DNA of 63,482 nt, filler included, from Myxococcota bacterium (GTDB lineage: Bacteria; Myxococcota_C; UBA6777), in the NCBI GenBank assembly GCA_023150835.1. It is 3 parts of 3 records of this genome, joined end to end, with 100 filler letters (N's around TTAATTAATTAA, not from the genome) between each part and the next. Parts side by side here need not be neighbours in the genome. Positions count along the whole stretch, not along the records: positions 1 to 28,478 come from JAKLKB010000090.1; 2 more parts are not named here. One strand, given 5' to 3'. A program made the position numbers and the translations under genes. Positions 19,115 through 28,578 of this stretch are shown here, piece after piece. The notes under the pieces were generated by a model. It saw only the letters and a program-made list of their open reading frames with translations, was not told the DNA's origin and made no database searches. The number at the start of each line of letters is the position of its first letter. Within the stretch, counting starts at the first letter, position 1.

Positions 19115-20438
19115 TCACACAAACAAACAAACCACCCCAAAAACGTCTCCAACCCCCGTTCTCTCGACCTTATGGGCGTCGGCCTCTTTGCGCGAAACCT
19201 ACGACGCTTGCCTTCCCTCCCCAGAACAAGAGCAAGAAAGCCTCGCCAAAGTTCGACGCCTGCTATCTCAAGACTTTTCGCCCTCGCCCAGCACTTCCTC
19301 CAACACATCCCCAAAACGGCCTTGGTTCCGCATCGCATGGGCAAGCATCGCAACCGTCGGAGCCTTCGCTTTTGTGCTTTTCCTCTGGCCGTATCTCGAA
19401 CCCCTCGAACCCTTCACTCTCCAAGGCATCTCCCCCACACAAACACAAAAAGACGGTTCGACCCATTTCCAAACAGACCAATCCACCGCAACCATCGCCT
19501 CCAAAGGCCACTGGTCGGTCGTCGTGGCCCCACGCTCTAGCATCATCCTCCAACGCAAAGCCGCCCGAAACACCGCCCTCCAACTCGCACACGGCCGCGT
19601 CCAAGTCGCCGTCACTCCCCAACAATACGAGTCCTTCACCGTTCATCACAAACGCTGGCAAGTCCGCGTCAAAGGCACACACTTCGCCGTCTCACAACAC
19701 GCACACACCTTGCGCATCGAAGTTTGGACAGGACAGGTCGAGATCCACAACGCCTCTCACCCAGATCACTCCTCTCACCCGTTTCGCCTCAACCAAGGCG
19801 AAGGTGCGCACATCGACCTTTCCACTTCTCGCGTCCGTCGTTTTCCCGTCCCTCCTCTTTCGCTCCCTCCCCAACAGCACCTATCATGGGCCTCCAAGCT
19901 CTCTCCCACGCTCTGCGCACAATACGCGCTCGATCTCCCCGCTCAAACCAACCTTCCCGCCCCGCTACGCGCACAGATCCTCCAACACCTCCTCGCCTCC
20001 CTCCTCTTCCGCAGCGAGCCTTCTCTCTGGCTCCCCTTGCTCGAAGCACAACAGCGCCTCGAACAAGATCCCCTCGCCCAAGAAACCGCCCTCTATCTAC
20101 TCCTCCAACGCTGCTATTCCACCGCCCCCACCCGTTGCCTCCCTCTCTCCACTTGGTACATCGAGCACTTCGCCAAACGCGGGATGCGGCCCTTCCTTGC
20201 TCGAATCCACTTTCTCCGCGCCGATGCCCTCGCCTCCCAACCCCACTCCGCCAAACAAGGACTCCTCGAACTCAAAAGCTTCCGCGAAACCTTCCCCCAA
20301 GGTCTCGATCGCCGCCGCGCTTGTGATCGCATCAAGATCACACTCCAACACACTTCTCTCCCTGATCTGCGATCACTGTCCGAAGAGATCGGTGTAAAAA
20401 GTCTTTGGTTTTCAAGACACTGCCCCTTTTCAAAATAA
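19107..20438 (+). CDS. FecR-domain anti-sigma factor with TPR-like C-terminus
   Basis: Start overlaps the sigma stop (ATGATTGA); single TM; FecR motifs LAHGRVQVAV, VRVKGTHFAV and IEVWTGQVEI. Confidence 0.85.
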   Translation: MIDHTNKQTTPKTSPTPVLSTLWASASLRETYDACLPSPEQEQESLAKVRRLLSQDFSPSPSTSSNTSPKRPWFRIAWASIATVGAFAFVLFLWPYLEPLEPFTLQGISPTQTQKDGSTHFQTDQSTATIASKGHWSVVVAPRSSIILQRKAARNTALQLAHGRVQVAVTPQQYESFTVHHKRWQVRVKGTHFAVSQHAHTLRIEVWTGQVEIHNASHPDHSSHPFRLNQGEGAHIDLSTSRVRRFPVPPLSLPPQQHLSWASKLSPTLCAQYALDLPAQTNLPAPLRAQILQHLLASLLFRSEPSLWLPLLEAQQRLEQDPLAQETALYLLLQRCYSTAPTRCLPLSTWYIEHFAKRGMRPFLARIHFLRADALASQPHSAKQGLLELKSFRETFPQGLDRRRACDRIKITLQHTSLPDLRSLSEEIGVKSLWFSRHCPFSK

Positions 20439-20467
20439 AGCCCGCAGTACTGGTGTGATCGCAAAAC

Positions 20468-20520
20468 GTAGGGGCAGACCCCTGTGCTGCCCAACAACAG
20501 GGCGTTTACAACAAACCTTG
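20468..20520 (+). repeat. REP family A with extension CAGGGCGTTTACAACAAACC
   Basis: The same extension flanks the copy at 67-94 (reverse orientation). Confidence 0.75.
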
Positions 20521-20644
20521 GCGACGTTTCGATCACGCATCTCTCAAATATCGTACATCAGGTGTCCCAAACCAACAGCCCTGCCGCGAACACAGGGATG
20601 TTTGCCCGCAAGCCACCCCAATCAAAAGATCGCTCCACTCTTCA

Positions 20645-20760
20645 TAGGACTTACGCAGTTCGATACGAAAAAGGCCCATGTTCGGGCGCGGGCGGTTCGC
20701 GAACCGCCCCTACAACGGGTTGATTCTTCACGCTTTCCCTCTTCAACTGCGTAACTCCTA
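20645..20760. mobile_element. 116-bp MITE with 16-bp TIRs and 6-bp target-site duplication, carrying a REP-B
   Basis: Left end TAGGACTTACGCAGTT; right end (reverse complement) TAGGAGTTACGCAGTT; TCTTCA duplicated at 20639-20644 and 20761-20766. Confidence 0.85.
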
Positions 20761-20916
20761 TCTTCAAGCCATTCCGATCAAAAGATCGATCCACTTTTTT
20801 TGATAGATCGCCACCCCTCTCGCAACGTGTGGCGTGAATGAAAAAGAAACAGAGTCCAGTATGTCTCACCAACGCATACTCGCTCACTTCACAAACCAAC
20901 GATCTTACAGACAACG

Positions 20917-21648
20917 ATGCGTATCACTCTTTTTTTTCTCTTTTCTTTTTGGTTTCTTTGTCTCCATCTTGGCTGCGCGATCTTCGTCGATGGAAATGGT
21001 AAGATCTCCGAACAAACCCTTCCCATCGACAACTTTCAGACACTTCATCTTGATTATACTTTTCAAGTCAACGCACAGCCCAACGCCGCATATCGCGTCG
21101 TTGTTCGTGCAGATGAAAATATCTGGCCTTTTTTGGACATCAAAAAAACCAATGATCAAACGCTTTTTCTCGGAAGAAAAAGTACGATCTTTTCAAACAC
21201 CGTCAAAGGAAGCCTCGAAGCAACGGTGGCCATGTCCTCGTTTTCTTCGGCGAAAGTGACCAATGCAAGCCGACTTACGCTGGGAGCCTTTGCTTATACC
21301 GAAACTCTTACGCTCGATATCATCGGTGCTTCCGAATGTTCGGCCACTTCGCTTTCAGCGAACAGTGCGCAGATCAACGTCTCAGGAGGCAGTCGGCTCA
21401 GCCTTGGTGGGAACATCGCAACGCTCAAGATCGAAGCTTCTGGAGGAAGTACGCTCGATCTCAGCGGACTGACCGCACAGATCGCCGAGATCACGCTTTC
21501 AGGAAAAAGCCAGATCAATCACCTACAATTCGCAAACAACGGTCGACTTCGCGTCCGATTATCGGGCGCAAGCACGCTGCGTTATACAGGTTCGCCCGAG
21601 ATCGAGATCCTCGAAAACTCAGGCGGTAGCCAAATCATTCAACAATAG
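20917..21648 (+). CDS. GIN/DUF2807 (head GIN domain) lipoprotein
   Basis: Lipobox-like LGC; VDGNGKI, ADENI and repeated SGGS/SGAS beta-helix strands. Confidence 0.85.
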   Translation: MRITLFFLFSFWFLCLHLGCAIFVDGNGKISEQTLPIDNFQTLHLDYTFQVNAQPNAAYRVVVRADENIWPFLDIKKTNDQTLFLGRKSTIFSNTVKGSLEATVAMSSFSSAKVTNASRLTLGAFAYTETLTLDIIGASECSATSLSANSAQINVSGGSRLSLGGNIATLKIEASGGSTLDLSGLTAQIAEITLSGKSQINHLQFANNGRLRVRLSGASTLRYTGSPEIEILENSGGSQIIQQ

Positions 21649-21667
21649 AAGTGGCGCGTTGGGTTTA

Positions 21668-21795
21668 TTTTGTGGGGTTGGAACCCCAAACCCCACAAGG
21701 GACTCACGCCCCTTGACCCCGTGAGGGGCGAAAAGATCGCAGGCTTTTCAAAACAACGACTCTGTCGCTTGGACGGGCGCGATCACGGCTTTTTT
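21668..21795 (-). repeat. family C element, copy 5
   Basis: Block pattern; compensated P1 CCGTGA/TCACGG. Confidence 0.85.
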
Positions 21796-22034
21796 GCCGC
21801 GCAACGGCTCAATAAACCACGAACAATATCTCGCTCTTCTCCTCTTTTTGGGGCTTGGCAGAGCCCTGATGTGGTCGTCTTTCTTGAAGTGAGTTGACAA
21901 CCTACAGGAAAGACGGCCACTTCCCTTTCGGGAAGACCTTTTCTTCTCTGCACACGGCCCAGATTGCTCAGATTTGTTCTGATATGTAAATAGATCGTTC
22001 TCTTGCAGCTTTTTCTATCAAGAAACGAAGCATC

Positions 22035-22162
22035 AAAACCCCCCGTGTTCGCGAGGCTTCAAGCGGCACGAATGTTTGTAAAAAAACCTCCGTTCACCCC
22101 GCCAAGTCGGGGTCAAGGGGCCAGCGGTCCCTTGCGGGGTTTGGTACCTCGCCCCATAAAAC
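22035..22162 (+). repeat. family C element, copy 6
   Basis: Block pattern; inverted relative to copy 5. Confidence 0.85.
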
Positions 22163-22223
22163 AAAAATAAAACCAACCCGCTATGTTCACAAAACAACAA
22201 ACCACCACGAAGGAGTCTCTCCA

Positions 22224-23117
22224 ATGAATACCTCATTTTCTCGTTGCCCGCGCACCCGAACCGACAAAACTATTTTCGAGATACTTTTCTCAAAAGCCCT
22301 GTCGATGGTGCTTTTCTCTGTTCTTGCGGTGCTTGTGATCGGATGTGGGCCGGGCCTTGTGGGTTCAGGCCCCACGATCACACAAGGGCTTTCGATCCAA
22401 GGCGTGCAACGCATCATCGTCCACGATTCCCTCAACGTACACATCTCCTACAGCGAGCAAGAAAAAGCCGATCTATCGGGCCATAGCAATCTGCTCCCCT
22501 ATTTCAAACACGAGCAAGTAGGCGACACGCTGAACTTGCGACTGCATCACGGGGCGCAAATCCTCGAAGGTGATCTGACGGTGGTGCTTGCCCTTCCGCG
22601 ATTACGCGAGCTGCGCGTGGTCGATGGCAGTCGCGTTCATCTCAAAAGGCTCGAAACGCGGGGCGATCTGCGTCTCGATTTCTCAGGAATGTCCGATATC
22701 CGAATCGATCTGCACACCGACGCACAAGTCGACATCGACATCAACGGCAGCAGCCGCGTCCAAGGGCAGCTTCGCGCCAACGTCATCCGATGGAAACTGA
22801 CGGGAAACAGCCGCGCTTTGGCCCGCGTCCACGCCGACCAAAACCACCTCGACGCAAGCGGTAGCAGTTGGGTGGAATTTGTGGGAGAGAGCAACCTCTT
22901 TCAGGTCGGATTATCGGGAGGTAGCAAAGGCTTCTTCTCTTCGCTCAAGGCCCAAGAGATCGACGCTCATCTCAGCGGCGCAAGCCAAGGCATCGTCAGC
23001 CACGACGGCAGCTTGCGCGCCCTGCTCGAAGGCGCAAGCAAGCTGTTTTGTCGCGGACAACCACATATCGAAAAACTCGACACCACGGGCGGTTCTGTCC
23101 TCGAACCCATCCAATAA
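22224..23117 (+). CDS. GIN/DUF2807 lipoprotein, paralog of 20917-21648
   Basis: AAGGAG RBS; VIGC lipobox-like; GSGP, SNLLPY and SG(A/G)S repeats. Confidence 0.85.
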   Translation: MNTSFSRCPRTRTDKTIFEILFSKALSMVLFSVLAVLVIGCGPGLVGSGPTITQGLSIQGVQRIIVHDSLNVHISYSEQEKADLSGHSNLLPYFKHEQVGDTLNLRLHHGAQILEGDLTVVLALPRLRELRVVDGSRVHLKRLETRGDLRLDFSGMSDIRIDLHTDAQVDIDINGSSRVQGQLRANVIRWKLTGNSRALARVHADQNHLDASGSSWVEFVGESNLFQVGLSGGSKGFFSSLKAQEIDAHLSGASQGIVSHDGSLRALLEGASKLFCRGQPHIEKLDTTGGSVLEPIQ

Positions 23118-23186
23118 TCCATCCCTCCGCCCCCCCAAAAACAACCACCAAACTGATCAAGATCCGATCTGAATCACGGCCTCGAT

Positions 23187-23313
23187 AAAAAGCCCGTGTT
23201 CGCGCCACTCCAAGCGCCACCGTCGTTCGATTGAAAACATCTATTCACCCCGCCAAATACGGGGTCAAGGGAGCGTGGCTCCCTTGCGGGGCGTGGGGCA
23301 GCGCCCCACCAAA
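23187..23313 (+). repeat. family C element, copy 7
   Basis: Block pattern. Confidence 0.85.
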
Positions 23314-23379
23314 GACAAAAACCACACCAACAAAACCAACCCAACGAACAATCGCCCCACCCGCGCTCAAAATCTCGAA

Positions 23380-24558
23380 TCAAGCCATCTCGACAACGAC
23401 GGAAGCGCCCATCCCACCGCCGATGCACAAGGTCGCGAGGCCGCGTTTCAACCCATGTTGTTTGAGGGCGTGGAGGAGCGTGACCAAGATCCGCGCACCG
23501 CTCGCACCGATGGGATGGCCCAAAGCGATTGCACCGCCGTGTACGTTGGTCTTGGCGGGATCGAGGCCGAGTTCTTTGACCACAGCGAGGGCTTGGGCGG
23601 CGAAGGCTTCGTTGGCTTCGATCAGATCCAGATCGCCAACCGCCCAACCGGCCTTTGCAAGGGCTTTTTGGGAGGCAGGGATCGGCCCGATACCCATGAC
23701 TTTGGGATCGACTCCTGCGGTGGCATAACCGCGCAAAAAGGCCATCGGCTTGAGTCCCAAAGATCGGGCCTTTTCAGCGCTTGCGAGGATCAAAGCAGCG
23801 GCACCATCATTGATCCCCGAAGCGTTTCCTGCTGTCACACTTCCGCCTTTTTTGAAGGCGGGCTTGAGTTCAGCGAGTTTTTCAAACGTAGTGGCGCGGG
23901 GATGTTCGTCTGTTGCGAAAACAACGGGTGCGCCTTTGCGTTGGGGGATCTCGACGGGGACGATCTCTTCTTTGAAAGCGCCCGAAGCGATGGCTTGCGC
24001 AGCACGCTCTTGGCTGGTCAACGCGAAACGGTCTTGTTCTTCGCGGGAGATGCCGTATTGTTCGGCGACATTTTCAGCGGTGATGCCCATATGGATATCG
24101 TGAAAAGCATCCCACAAACCATCGTGGATCATCATATCGCGCACTTCGCTGTGGCCCATCCGAGCGCCCCAACGCGCACCATCCATCAAAAACGGGGCGC
24201 GGCTCATATTCTCGCAGCCGCCTGTCACCACGATATCTGCATCGCCTGACTGGATCGCTTGTGCGCCCATCATCACCGAACGAAGGCCCGATCCGCACAC
24301 TTGGTTGATCGTAATCCCCGAAACGCCTACAGGAAGGCCGCTGCGAACAGCCACTTGGCGCGCCACATTCTGCCCCAAACCGCCCTGCAAGACACAGCCA
24401 AACACCACGTCATCGACCTGTTCTGCCGAAACCCCCGCTCGCTTGAGTGCTTCGCGCACCACGATCTCGCCAAGCTGGGCCGCCGAGACCTCTTGCAAAC
24501 TCTTCCCAAATGCCCCAATCGCCGTACGTACCGCGCCAAGGATCACGATCTCTTTCAT
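23380..24558 (-). CDS. atoB: acetyl-CoA C-acetyltransferase (thiolase)
   Basis: NQVCGSG catalytic Cys, [12 protein letters not shown] and CIGGGMG motifs; GGAGG RBS. Confidence 0.95.
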   Translation of the reverse strand: MKEIVILGAVRTAIGAFGKSLQEVSAAQLGEIVVREALKRAGVSAEQVDDVVFGCVLQGGLGQNVARQVAVRSGLPVGVSGITINQVCGSGLRSVMMGAQAIQSGDADIVVTGGCENMSRAPFLMDGARWGARMGHSEVRDMMIHDGLWDAFHDIHMGITAENVAEQYGISREEQDRFALTSQERAAQAIASGAFKEEIVPVEIPQRKGAPVVFATDEHPRATTFEKLAELKPAFKKGGSVTAGNASGINDGAAALILASAEKARSLGLKPMAFLRGYATAGVDPKVMGIGPIPASQKALAKAGWAVGDLDLIEANEAFAAQALAVVKELGLDPAKTNVHGGAIALGHPIGASGARILVTLLHALKQHGLKRGLATLCIGGGMGASVVVEMA

Positions 24559-24590
24559 CAAATCAAGCCTCCCAAAAAAAACGCCTACAC

Positions 24591-24677
24591 CGCGCTCAGC
24601 CCGCTGCCTACGCCTCTTTTTACGCGCTCGGCTCGCTGCCTACGCCTCTTTCTACGCGCTCGGCTCGCTGCCTACGC
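24591..24677 (+). repeat. 32-bp tandem repeat (~2.7 units) in the thiolase upstream region
   Basis: CGCGCTCGGCTCGCTGCCTACGCCTCTTT(T/C)TA, period 32. Confidence 0.9.
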
Positions 24678-24902
24678 TCTCTCGTGCCTCCCTTATCACG
24701 ATCCCCCACCGCTACTGTCAAGAGGCTCCATCCATTTCGCCAACACGATCTCGCCACACCCGCTTATACCATCGTGTAATCGGGGGCTTTGCCTGCAAAC
24801 CTCGTCGCCTCCGCTCTGGAGATCAAACAAATGACTGTGCTGCATGAAAGACGGCGAACGCGAAGCTCTGAAGGAGAGTGAATCGCCTTGCGTTTGCTCT
24901 TG

Positions 24903-25292
24903 TTACAAACGTAGTGCTGTCTCTTCTGTTTGCGTGAGATGAGCAAAAGAACACCGTTGGCCTCGATCAAACAAAGCATCTTCCTCTTTCAACAGCCAAG
25001 CATAAGAAAAGATCGCGTCAATACTTCCCCCCAAACCATTCTCGATCCGCCATAATGTCGAGCAAGAATAGCCTTTCGGCAACATCTCCACATCCGCCAA
25101 AAAGCGGCTTAACTTGGCGATCTCACCCAACGTCCATCCCTCCTTCTTCATCGGTTTTTTTCGAAAGACTTCAAGGTCGACGTCTGCTTTTTGCAAAGTG
25201 TCGAGGATCTCCAAACGAGGAAACAACATCCGCGCTCTCGCGACTGCAAGATGGTCACCGATCTCGGAAAGGTAGGCATTCAGTTTGTTCAT
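24903..25292 (-). CDS. atypical XRE/cHTH transcriptional regulator, paralog A
   Basis: IG..L..AR...GWTLGEIA...S..TL.RIENG..GS...I..YA..L...LF pattern with insertions; clear paralog of 27194-27538. Confidence 0.7.
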   Translation of the reverse strand: MNKLNAYLSEIGDHLAVARARMLFPRLEILDTLQKADVDLEVFRKKPMKKEGWTLGEIAKLSRFLADVEMLPKGYSCSTLWRIENGLGGSIDAIFSYAWLLKEEDALFDRGQRCSFAHLTQTEETALRL

Positions 25293-25451
25293 CTTTCGTT
25301 CCTCACTCTCAGCGTGTTCGAGAAAAAAAGCATCCGCAACCACGGTACTCGCCGAGAGAAGTGATCCAAAAGCAACACTTCGGGTGAACAAATTTACTTT
25401 TTTACGCCCCCTCGCTCGAAAGAATACGATTTATCCCCCATCATCCGATGT

Positions 25452-26573
25452 TTATCGAATTTTACGGATCTCAGATTCCGCGATATTGCAGTAGTGATCG
25501 ATCTTTTCACGGTACGTCTTTTTCTCGCTCATCGCAGAGATAGGCCGCAACAGCTTTGGACGACCAATGGCTCCTGCCAAACGCTCGATTTCTTGTTCTC
25601 CGCAACGCTCCAGTCCGGGAGAGTGATCTATGCAGATATTGTGTAACTCCTTCATACTGCAAGCAAAATGACATGGAGGTGGCTGAGATCCAAAGCGTCC
25701 CAAAAAACGACAACGTTCTCGACAAATGCTTCCACAAGCACGCGCAACGATCACTCGCCGTTTACAGATCTCTTTGTAATCCATCACAAGATTCGGCCAT
25801 ACAGGACGCAAGATGCTTTGGCAGATATCTTGGCTCATAAAACACGAAGAAGCCAACAACAACGACAACAAGCCCAAGATCCCAAGCCAACGCCTCCAAC
25901 GAAAACTTCGCTTTTCTCGCCCTTGTAACCACTCGATCAATTCTTTGATTTGTTTTTCTGGGAAAAAGATCAACAATAATTTATCTTCTATCGACCGAGA
26001 CTTTTTCGCAAATCGCAAAGTATCCAGCGACTGTACTTGCTTTGGCCAAAAAACCGCCTCAACGCGCTCTTTTTGTCTTTCCAAAGAAGGTGCCAGCGCG
26101 TCGTAGCCCGAAGCTGGCAGCAAAAAAACGGTGTCGCCAAGAAGCGGGTTGGAGCCGTCCATCTCGCTTACCGATGAACTCAAAAGAATCTCCAACTTTT
26201 CCGGTAGCATCGAAGGAACAGAAACACCTCCGTCTGAAAAAACCAGCCCAGAAGCCCATACATTCGAGCGCGACAGCCGAAAAGGACGCACACAATCCGC
26301 TGCAGCCAACAAACAAGACAACGTTGCGGAAGCTCCGCGCCATTCATGTGCCAACGTGGTATTCGAGGACGGATATTTTTTCCACCAGAAACGCAAAGCA
26401 TCGTTTTCTTCTGGGAAAAAAGCTCCAAAAGCCTGCCTCGCTTGTGGCAACGCGAAAGCTTCGGACGGAAATAACTCATACCCTTTCGGGACATCAGGGG
26501 TTTTCGTCACGCAGATTTGGGCATACCCAATCTTTTTGTTGGGGAGAGCCAAAGGAAAAAAAAGCGACGTCAT
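25452..26573 (-). CDS. Lon-like (S16) protease domain, TM helix and Cys-rich extracytoplasmic domain
   Basis: WRGASATLSCLLA / VWASGLVFSDGGV...PEKL / VFLLP align by eye to Lon DGPSAG / VAMTGEI..G.V...EK / IILP; TM WLGILGLLSLLLASS; about 8 Cys in the C-terminus. Confidence 0.65.
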   Translation of the reverse strand: MTSLFFPLALPNKKIGYAQICVTKTPDVPKGYELFPSEAFALPQARQAFGAFFPEENDALRFWWKKYPSSNTTLAHEWRGASATLSCLLAAADCVRPFRLSRSNVWASGLVFSDGGVSVPSMLPEKLEILLSSSVSEMDGSNPLLGDTVFLLPASGYDALAPSLERQKERVEAVFWPKQVQSLDTLRFAKKSRSIEDKLLLIFFPEKQIKELIEWLQGREKRSFRWRRWLGILGLLSLLLASSCFMSQDICQSILRPVWPNLVMDYKEICKRRVIVARACGSICRERCRFLGRFGSQPPPCHFACSMKELHNICIDHSPGLERCGEQEIERLAGAIGRPKLLRPISAMSEKKTYREKIDHYCNIAESEIRKIR

Positions 26574-26597
26574 CGATCACTCCTTCGATTGCGTGAT

Positions 26598-27104
26598 TTA
26601 GCAGTCTTCATCTTTGCTAAAGACCATCACACGAAAAGGAGATTGAAGAGGATCGAAATGAAGTTGTTCGACAAAAAGGATCTCTTGGCCTTCCATCTCT
26701 CGACCGAGAGGTAAGGTACAGATCGGATCATCCACCTCCTCGCCAAGATAAAAAGCCAACCACCATCCGTTCGGGCTTGGTTCCGTCGCTTTCCATGTTA
26801 AATCCAAATAGCCTCTGCCGTCCGATGCTCTCTGCAAATCCAAACGGAACTCAAATTGGCCAAGATGCCAAGCAGAAAAATCTACCTTTTTTTCCAAGCG
26901 CTCTCCTCCTGAAGCAGAAGATAATCGAACCTGTCCTTGAAGACACCAAGGAGGCTGAAATTCAAAAGGATTGGCTTCTGGTGTTGCAACGAGCAGTGGC
27001 ATCTCGCCGTGTTGAATGGCTCGGACGGCTTGTGGAGGAAGAATCCCTCGCGCCTGTAAATGCTTTGACCACCGCTGGAGAGGAGCAAAAAAATCTGACT
27101 TCAT
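26598..27104 (-). CDS. hypothetical protein (beta-rich C-terminal domain)
   Basis: 168-aa ORF with AAGGA upstream, co-oriented within the cassette; no recognised family. Confidence 0.7.
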   Translation of the reverse strand: MKSDFFAPLQRWSKHLQARGILPPQAVRAIQHGEMPLLVATPEANPFEFQPPWCLQGQVRLSSASGGERLEKKVDFSAWHLGQFEFRLDLQRASDGRGYLDLTWKATEPSPNGWWLAFYLGEEVDDPICTLPLGREMEGQEILFVEQLHFDPLQSPFRVMVFSKDEDC

Positions 27105-27193
27105 GGTTTCTGTCCTTACTTGTTCATAGAATGAAAAGGTAACCTTCTTTATAAAAAAGAGAGCGTGAAAATCTTTCTATCTCTTATTTATTT

Positions 27194-27538
27194 TCATTTT
27201 AACGAAATATCTGGATATGAAAATAACTCGTTCTCTGTATTTAAAATCCAAGCATACGTATAAATAGATTCCATACTTCCTCCTGCACCTCTTTCGATTC
27301 TACGAAATGTTGCATAAGAATAACATTCTGGCAACATTTTAATATCCTCTAAGAAACCATTGAGTGCAACGATCTCCGAGAGACTCCATCCGACATTCTC
27401 ACTTCGCTTGAACGTTGCGGTGTCCAACAGATGCTTTTTCAACGCGCTTGTCACTTCCGCACGTGGATCGCGCATATTTCTCCGAGCAACAGCAAAATAC
27501 TTCCCTATATGAAGCAAATATTTGTCCAATTGATCCAT
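27194..27538 (-). CDS. atypical XRE/cHTH transcriptional regulator, paralog B
   Basis: About 40-45% identical by eye to 24903-25292; AT-rich. Confidence 0.7.
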   Translation of the reverse strand: MDQLDKYLLHIGKYFAVARRNMRDPRAEVTSALKKHLLDTATFKRSENVGWSLSEIVALNGFLEDIKMLPECYSYATFRRIERGAGGSMESIYTYAWILNTENELFSYPDISLK

Positions 27539-28118
27539 CTCTCACTTACCTTTGTGTTATAGGATGATGGTGGTGCTATTTTTAATAGCACTCCCCGATC
27601 AAAATAAGCACAAATACGCAGCAAAAACCTCGGAACATCCGAGAATTGTTTTTTTTGAGCGCAATTATACACAAAGGGGAGCGCTATAAACATCTATTTT
27701 GCGAGAAAATTTTAAACAACACGCACCGAGCCGGGAGCCTGCCTCTTGTGAACAGAATAGTACACACAAAAGCGATCTCGATCTTTTCGCCTCATGAAAA
27801 AAACGGCCAAGCGAACTATCGCCTCTTTATGATCGCGAGTACTGTGCACTTCACGAAGAAAGTCGTCCACAATATGCAGCGCAAGAAGCTTGGGGCTCGG
27901 GTGAAAGATCACGTTGTTTTCTTGCATACCACCGAGCAGGGCGCAGCGTTGGAATGTTGTGAGGAGGATGTTTACAACGAAGGCAACCGCATCGACAACA
28001 AGTGATACAAACGAAGTCGCAGCGATGACTGCGCACCGACGAGCAAACGTGGACGTACCAAGGAGCCGACAAGGCCATCTAGCGACCACACGCAATGGAG
28101 ATGAACAAGCAAAGACAA

Positions 28119-28149
28119 GTCCGTTTCGGCGTGGGCGTCTGAAACGGAC
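28119..28149. terminator. hairpin GTCCGTTTC...GAAACGGAC, possible minus-strand terminator
   Basis: 9-bp perfect outer stem; U-rich tail on the minus strand is imperfect. Confidence 0.35.
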
Positions 28150-28397
28150 AACGAAACCAAATCAACGAAGTTTTATCGCAGAACTCCACTTCCAACAACC
28201 GCGTTGTGAAAGCCGTCAAACGTACCGCTCACCTTGATGGTTGAAGATCTGCGGCCTGCCGTGTCGGTGTATTTGGTCAGAGTCAACAATTTTTCATCAG
28301 ATGAAAAGACAAGAAGGCAACGATGAGGGTACAAAAAAACGAAAGGTTGAAACGCAAACCAACCTATGATCAAACAAAGCCACGGAGATTTTGTTTC

Positions 28398-28478
28398 ATG
28401 GAATTCAAAAATGCACTCGGAGTACTTTCTATTGCAGCCATTTTCGGAATAACTGCACTCTATTTCTCGTCCTCATCG
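28398..28478 (+). CDS. 5' end of a secreted/membrane protein truncated by the contig end
   Basis: GGAG upstream; MEFKNALGVLSIAAIFGITALYFSSSS is signal-like. Confidence 0.55.
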
Positions 28479-28578
28479 NNNNNNNNNNNNNNNNNNNNNN
28501 NNNNNNNNNNNNNNNNNNNNNNTTAATTAATTAANNNNNNNNNNNNNNNNNNNNNNNNNNNNNNNNNNNNNNNNNNNN
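28479..28578. other. artificial contig linker (N44-TTAATTAATTAA-N44)
   Basis: Six-frame stop linker flanked by Ns. Confidence 0.99.

Noticed and set aside
28340-28390. c-di-GMP-I riboswitch (GCAAACC...CAAAGCCACGG)
   Set aside because: Only two short words match; the GNRA-capped P1 stem and the P2 stem cannot be formed.
28479-28578. TTAATTAATTAA as a biological motif, and linkage of the Lon/HTH cassette to romR/nadC
   Set aside because: It is an artificial contig linker (repeated at 56811-56910); adjacency across it is not evidence.
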